This document shows positions 14,801-23,800 of a stretch of DNA of 64,000 bases, in pieces. Made by a program: the position numbers and the translations under genes. The notes under the pieces are model-generated. The model ran no database searches, had not been told where the DNA came from, and worked only from the letters and a program-made list of their open reading frames with translations. The DNA lies in the NCBI GenBank assembly GCA_022241605.1, contig JAKOMQ010000020.1, positions 9,242 to 73,241 on the forward strand, in the 5' to 3' direction. Within the stretch, counting starts at the first letter, position 1, and every line of letters starts with the position of its first letter. This DNA is from Aquimonas sp. (GTDB lineage Bacteria > Pseudomonadota > Gammaproteobacteria > Xanthomonadales > Xanthomonadaceae).

Positions 14801-17800
14801 GTGCAGGCGCTGGTGCGCAATGCCGTGCCCGGCCAGGGCTTCGGCAACCTGACGGTGATCGAGACCGAAACCAACGGCCAGAATGACCCGCAGGACCCGG
14901 GCGCCACGGTCAGCGGCCTGATCAATCCGATCGATCTGGCGCTGAGCCCGGACGGGCGGATGCTGTTCGTGCTGGCGCATCGGGTGCAGCGCGACGCCGG
15001 CGGCGCCGTGGTCGAAGCCACCCGCGCACTGGTCAGCTTCAATCGCGTCAGCACGCCCGGTGACCCCGCCTTCGGGCGACTGAGCTTTGCCGGCAGCACC
15101 ACTGCCGGTCTTCCGGCGTTCCCTCGGCGGCTGGTAGCCAGCCAGGGCTTCGTCTACGTCAGCGGCAGCGCACAAGATTCCGGCGCCGGCGCGCAGCTGA
15201 CGGTCTACCGGCGCGATGCGGTGAGCGGCCTGCCCGCACCCCTGCTTGTCGATCCGACCACGGCTGCCCACCTCGCCACGCTGCCGCCCAGTCCGGGTGC
15301 GATGGCGCTTGACCTTGTCAACCAGCGCCTGCTGGTGGGGTCGGCGGCGGGCCAGGGTCTCGCGCTGTTCGCCATCAATACCGCTGAGGGCACGGCGCCG
15401 GTCAACCATCTCGCTCGCCTGGGTAGCGTGCTCACCGGCAGCGCCGCGAATCAGGTTGGCGATATCGCCCTACGCAGCAGCGAACGCCAGGCCTACGCCA
15501 TTGCCGGAGGGTCTTCGCAGCTGTCCCTGCTGTCCTACGCGGGCGACACCTTGACGGTCTCGACGCCTTACACCTATGCCGGCCTGCTGCCCGACGAGAC
15601 CGACCCGACTTTGAGCAACCCGCTGACGGGGCGCGGCAGGCTGGCGCTGGCGGCGGACGGCGAGCACCTGTTCCTGGCTTCGACCGATGGCGCCAGCCTG
15701 CTCAAGCTTCGCCGCAGCCTGAGCAACGGCACGCTCTCGGAAGGCGAGCTGCTGCGCGACGATCCACTCGCCAGCGCCCCTTCGCGCCCGCTCAACCGTC
15801 CGGTGGGCATCGCCATCAGCCCCGACGGCCGGCACGTGGTGCTCGCGACCAATGCTGCGCTCGGGAATTCGCCCGGCACCTTGGAGCCGCCGCTGTGGAT
15901 CTACAGCCGCCGCGCGCCGGATCCGCTGTTCGCCTTCCTGGAAGTGGATCGCGATCCAGCGCCCACCGGCAGTGGCAGCCTCAGCCTGCTTTCGCCCAGC
16001 GATGTGGTGGTCAGTCCAGACGGTCAACACGTCTACGCGGTGAGCCTGCAGGACGGCACCCTGACCGCGTTCCGCCGCTTCCCGCGGCGCGGCCCGGCCG
16101 ACGAGCCGCTGGGTGGGCATCTTGAGTTCCTGGCGCGCTACGTCAACGGCATTGGGGGTATTCGCGGCCTTGAGCGCGGCAGCCGTCTGCAGATCAGCGG
16201 CGATGGTCGCCAGCTCTACGTCACCAGCGAGGACCGCAACACGCTGGCGGTCTTCAACCGAGATGCAACGCCGGAGAATACGGGTACTTTCGGCCTGTTG
16301 ACCCAGCCTGCCGCGGGGAGCGGCGCCGACCCCTGGCTGTTCACCGACGGCATGGCCGGCGTTGACGGCCTGCTCGGCGCGCAGGGCATTGCGGTCAGCG
16401 ATGATGGCCTGAATGTGTATGTGGCGGGCAGCTTCGAGTCCGCGATCGCGCTGTTTTCGCGCCCGTCGGCCAGCGGTCCACTGGTGTACCGCGGCGTGGT
16501 GCGTAACGGAGTCAATGGCGTCACCGGACTTTCCGGCATCCGCGACCTTGTGGTTGTCCGCGGCGGCAGTCAGCTGCTCGGCGTCAGCTCGATCGCCAAC
16601 GCCGTGGTGGTGTTCGAGCGCAACGCCGGCGTGCAGGGCGCGGCGCAGCTGCGCCAGCTGCAGTCGCTGGCGCTGCCCGGCAGCCCCCGCCTGATGGCGC
16701 TGGCGCTGCCGAATACGGCAGGCCCGGGCGAGGGTGAGCATGTCTACGTGGCCGGCCAGACCAACAGCACCCTCTATGTGCTCCGGCGCAACACCGACCC
16801 CAGCGGCCCCAATACGGGCCGGCTGAGCCTGGCGGCGCAGTACGCGTCGACAGCGCCCGGGCTGGTGGCGCTGAACGGCGTGCGCGACCTCGCCGTCAGC
16901 AGCGACGGACGCCGCGTGTATGCGGCCTCCCAGTTCAGCCACAGCGTGCTGGTGTTCGATCGCGAGCTGAACCTGTCCAGCCCGGCCTACGGCGGGCTCA
17001 GCCTGCTTGAAGTGCGGACGGATGGGCTTGAGGGCGTGGACGGGGTCGACAGCGTCTACGCGCTGGCGGTGAGCCCGGACAGCCGCAACGTTTATGCCGC
17101 CGGCTTTGGCGACCGCGGCATCGCCTCCTTTGCCATTGGCAGCGGCTCCAGCTGCAGTGCCGGCGGCAGCGGCGACATCGATGATCTGATCAATATCGCC
17201 CGCGCCGGCACCCTGCGTTATCTGATCGAGGCCACCATTCGCCCCGGCGCGACGGGCGTCCTCACCAATACCGCCACGGTCGGTCTGCCTGATCGCTTTC
17301 GCGATCCAAACATGGCCGACAACACTGCGACCGACCTCACCACGCTGACGCCCAGCGGTGATCTCTCGGTCAGCAAGACCAACAATCGCGTTTCCGTGGT
17401 TGGCGGCGAAACCGTCCGCTACGAAGTGGTGGTGCGCAATGCGGGCCCCAGCCATCTGCGGCACGCGCCACCGGACGTGGTCACTCTGACCGACATACTC
17501 TCGCCAGACTTCTTCGACCCCGGCGCCACCACCTGGACCTGCAGCGCCAGCGGCTCCGGCGCGCTTGACTTCGTGCAGGGCGTCGGCGAGGACCCGCTCG
17601 TGCCGGGTGGCCTTGGCGGAGTCAGCGGCCTGGTGCTGGTGCCCGACCCTGATGGCATTGGGCCGATCCCGTCCTACCTCGCCAGCGCCAGCGTGCTTGA
17701 TCACGAAGTGCGGCTGTGGAGCCGCAGCGGCGAGGATGGCCGCCTCAGCCTGGTGACGCGTCTGCGCGCAAGCGTCCCCGATGGCGAGCCCAATGCCCCG

Positions 17801-20800
17801 CCCGTGTTCCCCAGCCTGTTCGGTGCGCGCTCGTTGGCCGCCAGTGCGGACGGGCGCTTTTTGTACGTCGCCAGCCGCGAGTCGGACACGGTCACCGTGT
17901 TCGAGCTGAGCCATGTCGGTAGCCAGCTCAGCACGACCCAAGTCGAGGTAGTGAGTGGTTTCACGGGCCTCGACCAGGCCCTGCATCTTGTGCTGGCGCC
18001 CGGCGATTCACATCTTTACGTCGCCGGTGCCAACGACGGCGCGATCGCGGTGTTCGAGCGGAATTCCGACACCGGTAGACTGAACTGGGTCGAATCCCAG
18101 CGCGATGTCGATCCCCTACCGGTGGCAGGCGTGCCGAGCCTGACTGGCGTTGAGTTCCTCGCGGTAAGCCCGGATGGCGCCCACCTTTACGCCGTTTCGG
18201 GTGCCAGCGCCCGCGTGGTGCTGTTCGATCGGATCCCGGGCACTGGCGGCCTCAGCTACCGCAGCTCGCTGGGTGCAGCCGACTTCGGCGTGTCGATCGA
18301 CGGTGCCTCGTCGCTGGCGCTGAGCCCTGATGGCCGCCACGCCTACCTGCTCGCCAGCGCCGGCAACCGTCTGCTGATGCTGTCGCGCGCCTCGGATCCA
18401 GTGGGCCCGGCTTTCGGCCAGCTCACCGCGATCGGCAGCCTGCAGCAGGGCGTGGGCGGCGTTCAGGGCCTCAGCGCGCCGCGCCGGATCGTCATCAGCG
18501 GCGATGGCGTACACGCCTATGTGACGGGGCAGCTCGGCGGCAGCATTGCCTGGTTCTCGCGCAGCCCCGACAGCGGGGCGCTGAGCTTCCTTGGCCTGCG
18601 CTCCGATGACACCGGCGGCGTCGATGGCATTGGCGGCGCGACTGGCCTGGTGCTGGACAGCGACCGCAACCAGCTCTACGTGGCCGGCACGCTTGATCGC
18701 GCCATCGGCCTGTTTGAGCGCCAGGCCGACAGCCTGTGCCCGCCCAGCGGCAGCGGAGACCTGGTCGCGGTGCCGATCGACGTTGCCGCGGGTGGCAGCG
18801 TCACCTTCAGCATCGAGGCGCGGGTGCGCGCTGGGCTTGCGCCCGGCTCGACGGTGCCGAACATCGCCCGCGTGGTGGCCCCTCAGGACCCCAACCCGGA
18901 CAACAACGAGGATTCGGACATCGATCCGATCAGCGTGGTGGCGGACCTCGCCATCACCAAGACGGATGGTCTCGCCGAGATCGACGGGCTTGACGGCGTG
19001 CGCGCGGTAGCCGGCGATTCCACACGGCTGTACACCGCGGGTGCGAGCGACAAAGCGCTCGGCGTGTTCCGGCGTGAGTCCAACCCGGCTGAAGCCAGCT
19101 ACGGCGCGCTGCGCTTCGCAGCCGTGCTGCGCTCCGGCGTTGGCACGGTCAGTGGCCTCTCGGGCGTGGCGGACGTTTTGGTCAGCAGCGACGGCGCGCA
19201 TGTCTACGCCGTCAGCCCGGTGGAGAACACCGTGGTCGCCTTCCGGCGCGTGCCGGCGCCGCAGGAGCTGCTGTTCCTGGAGGCCCAGCAGAACGGCGTG
19301 CTCGGTGTCAGCGGCCTGGCCGGCGCGCGCGCTCTGGCGCTGAGCCCGGACGGCCGCCATCTGTATGTGGCCGGCGAGTTCGCCAACGCCATCGCCGTGT
19401 TCCGCAGGGAGCACGATCCGCAGGCCACCGGCTACGGTCGCCTGAGCTATCTGGGTCTGGTGCAGAACGCGGTGGGCGGCGTCGACGGGATCGGTGGCGT
19501 GGTTGCGCTGGCGGTGGCGCCGGACGGAAGGCACGTCTATGCGGTCGGCCAGGCTTCGAGCTCGATCGCGGTGTTCGCGCGCAACCCCAATCCGGGCAGC
19601 GCAGGCTTCGGCCAGCTGAGCTATCTCACCCGTTACGTCAACGGCCAGGGTGGCTTGCTCGGCCTGAGCCAGCCGGTCGACATTCGTGTCAACGCCACGG
19701 GTACCCAGGTCTTGGTGCTGGCGGCCGGCAGCGGCAGCCTGGCGCGCTTTGCACGCACCGAGGGCGACGGCAGCCTTGCGCTGCTGGCCAGCGCCCGCGA
19801 GGGGGTGGAGGGTGCGCAGGGCCTGGTTGGCAGCCGCCGCCTGCGGCTGGCACCGGATGGCGTGCATGCCTATGTCGCCGGCGGCGACGGCATCGCTCAC
19901 TTCGACCTGACGACCAGCGCCGCGCCGGGCTTCCTCGGCCGCATCCGCAACGCTGACCCGGCACCGCTCACCGGCGGTCAGGTGCTCGGCCTCGCTGGCG
20001 CTGCGGATGTGTTCATTGCGCCCGAAGGCGACCGTCTGTATGCGGCGGGCAGTGTCGATGACGCGCTCGGCGAGTTTGTCCGTGATCCGATCGCACCGCC
20101 GGCGGAGGGCAGCGGCGTGCTGGCTTACCGCGGCAGCCAGTTCGACGGCCTTGGCGGCGTGGCGCCGGGTGATTCGGTGCCTTACGAGATCCGGGTCAGC
20201 AACCTTGGGCCCAGCGGTGTCGCCCAGGCGCGGGTAGTGGACATCTTCCCACCCGAGTTCGACGAGGTGGTTTGGGAGTGCGCGGGCACCAACGGTGGCA
20301 ATTGTCCGGTCGCGGGTAATGGCGACCTCGACGTGCTGGTCAATCTGCCGGCCGGTGCCGGCGTGCAGTTCCTCGCGATTGGCCGGGTGTCCAAGACTGC
20401 CACCGGACGCCTGGTCAACACCGCCACGGTGAGCGCCGTCGGCGCTGTCGACTCCAACCCATCCAACAACAGCGCGACTGACGATGACACCGTGCTGTCG
20501 CCGGCGGTGGATCTGGTGGTGGACGTGGACGACGGCAGCGAGTTCGCCACCCCGGGTGGCCCGATCGAATACGCCGCCCGGGTCACCAACCTGGGGCCGA
20601 GCTTTGCGCGAGCCGTCAGCGTCACTGACCAAGTGCCGCCAGCCCTGCACGACGTGAGCTGGCGCTGCGAGCCCTTCCCCAAGGCCGGTGAACTTGAGCT
20701 TCTGACGCCGCTGTACTCCGGGCCGCTGGAAACCTACACCGGCTTCGCCACGGGCAGCGTGGGTCGCTTCGCCTACGCCACCGGCCAGTTCGAGGGGCAA

Positions 20801-23800
20801 GGTGCGGTCGCGCTGTTCCGTCGCGATCCGCTGACCGGCCGGCTGTTCGACCCGGTGCTGAGCGGCGACGCCCGCCAGGTGCAGGTCAACGGCGAGAATG
20901 GCGTCCGCGGCATCGGCGATGCCGCTGACCTTGCGCTGTCGCCGGATCGTCGATTCGTCTATGTCGCCGGCCGCAGCTCGGATTCAATCGCCCTGTTCGC
21001 GCGCAACGCCGACAACGGAAGCCTGCAGTTCGTCACCTCCTTCCAGGACGGCGAGCTCGGCGTCGACGGTCTCGGCGGCGTCAACCGCCTGCTGATCGAT
21101 CCAAGCGGCCGTCACCTGTATGCGAGCGGTGCGGCCGAGAACGCGATTGCGGTGTTCGCGATTAACCCTGTCACTGGTGCTCTCGGCCTGCTGGGGGTGT
21201 TGCGACAGGGCCAGGGCGGCGTGGATGGCTTGAACGGCATGACCGATCTGGCCTTCAGTGCCGATGCGGCGCAGCTGCTGGTGGTGTCCAACGTCAACCA
21301 GTCGCTGGCGGCCTTCAGCCGCAACGACGTCACCGGCCTGCTGTCGCCGCTGGCCCTGCTGCAGGATTTCCAGCTGCCGAGGCGCGCACTGCGCGACCCA
21401 CGCGCCGTGGCGGTCGTCGGCAGCCAGGTGCTGGTGGCCGGCGGCAGCGACGGCGTGCTGGCGCGCTTCACGCTGGAGCCCGCGGCCAGCCCGGCCTTGC
21501 GCTACGTCGACAGCCTTGACGCCAGCACGCCCGGTCTGGAGGCGCTGCTTCAGCCGCAGGCCCTGCTGTTCGAGCCGGACCAGGATCGGCTCTACGTGGG
21601 TGGGGCAGGGCGGCTGTTCCTGCTGAGCCTGCAGGAGGACACACCGGCCGTGCTCGCCGACTACGGCCCCCTGCCGACCTTGGGCTCGGGTCTGCGTCTG
21701 GCGATCAGCGGTGATGGCAGGCAGCTCTACAGCGCTGCTGCCGGCGGCGCGCCCCTCGGGGTTTACAGCCGTGCGCGCGGCTCGCGCTGTCCGCTCGGTG
21801 GTGAAGGCGGTATCGGCCGCCAGAGCGTCGACATCGCCACCGGTGGCTCGGTGCTGTTTACCGTCCGCGGCCGCGTGTTCGCCAATGCGCAGGGCCTTCT
21901 GGAATACCGCGTCGAAGCGCAAGCGCGCACTGCCGGCGAGGAGCTCAACCCTGGCGACAACATCGATACCGACATCGATCAGCTGCGGCCAGCGCCGGAC
22001 CTGTCCGTGCTCAAGCAGACGCTGACCCCGCGGGTGGTTGCGGGCCTTCCAATCGATTACCGGATCGATGTCGCCAACGCTGGCGTCTCCGATGCGCTGC
22101 AGGCACGGGTGCTGGATCCGCTGCCCCTGTTCCCCGACACCAACGCCGGCCTGGTGCCGGGGGTGGGCGAATGGACCTGCGCGGCCAATCCGCCGCTGGT
22201 CCAGCGCAGCCGCCTGGAAGTGGCCGACAGCGCCAGCCTGGCGGGCATCGGCGCATCGGTCCGTTCGGCTGACGGCGCACGCCTGTATGCCGTGAATCCT
22301 GGCCAGAATGCCCTGCTGGTGTTCCCGCTCGATCTTGCCGGGGCGCCCGGCACGCCAGAGGTTCTGGTCGACGGCAGCGTGCTGCCTGGCGGCACTGTGG
22401 GTGGCCTTGCCGGCGCCTCCCGCGTTGCGCTGTCGGCGGATGACCGCCACGTCTATGTCAGCGCGGCCGGCGCCAACGGGGTGTTGGTGCTGGGCTTCGA
22501 TGCCGCCAGCGGCGGCCATCGGTTCATCCAGCGCGTCACGTCAGGCAGCAATGGCGTCGCCGGCCTGCTCGGCGCCGCCGATGTGCTGGTGTCGGGCGAC
22601 GGCCGCCGTGTATTCGTTGCCGGTGCAAGCGCGAATGCGATCGCTGTGTTCAGCCGTGATGCCGACACCGGTGCGCTCACCTTCATCGAGCGCGTGGCCG
22701 ACGGCCTCGGCACCATCGTGCCGGACAGCAACGTCATCCGTGGCGTGCGCCGGCTGGTGCTTTCCGACGATGGTGCTCGCCTGTACGCCGCGGCGACCCT
22801 CTCGCAAGCGATCAGCCGCTTCGATGTCGGCAGCGATGGCCGCCTCACCTACCGCGGTCGCAAGCGCGCCGACGAGGCGGGCTTTGGCCGACTTGCCGGT
22901 GCCCGCGCCCTTCAGCTGGGGCCGGGCGGCGAGCAGCTGTACGTGCTCGGCAGCCAGGGGCTCAGCGTGTTGCGGCCGCTGGCCGGCGGCAGCTTCAGCC
23001 TGCAGGCGGAGTTCCCGTGGACGCAGGCCGCCCCCGTGCTGCCGCGCGCGCTGGGCATTGATGCCGAAGGCACCCGCGTGCACGTGCTCGACAGCAGCGG
23101 CGGTATCGACGTCTATGCCCGTGACTGGGCCGATGGCGCGCTCGAGTGGCGCTTCAGGCTGGCGCCCGTCGCGCCGGTCGACGGCACGCCGGAAGCGTCC
23201 TTGGGTACGCTGGCGGACGATGGTTCGCTCTACCTCACGCTGGCCAGCGGTCGACTGCAGCAGCTGGGCCAGCGCGCGCTGTCGCGCTGTCTTGAAGCCC
23301 AGGTGGCGCCGGATCGGATCGACACCACGCTGGACCTCGGCGTCGCGGGTGACGCCCTGTTCGAGCTGGCTTCGCGCGTGCATCCGAGTGCCCGCGGCGT
23401 ACTCAACAACACCGCCAGCATCGCGCCGGGCAGCGGCATTGACCCCGACCTCGACAACAACACCAGCACCACGGCGGACGTGATCGAGGTCGAGTCCGAC
23501 CTGTCGGTGAGCAAGCAGGGCCCGGATGAAGCCGTGGCTGGGCTCGATCTGACCTACCGTATCGAGGTTGGCAACGCCGGGCCGTCGGATGCGCTGGGCA
23601 TGCGCGTTACCGATCCGCTGCCGGCGGCCCTGTCCAACGCGCGCTGGACCTGCGTCGCCAGCGCGGGCTCCAGCTGTCCGGCCTCGGGCGTGGGCCCGCT
23701 GGACATGCCTGCCAACTTGCTGGTCGGCGGCCAGCTCGAAATCGAACTGACCGCGCGCGTTTCGCCGGCCTACGTTGGTCCATTGACCAACACGGTGGCG

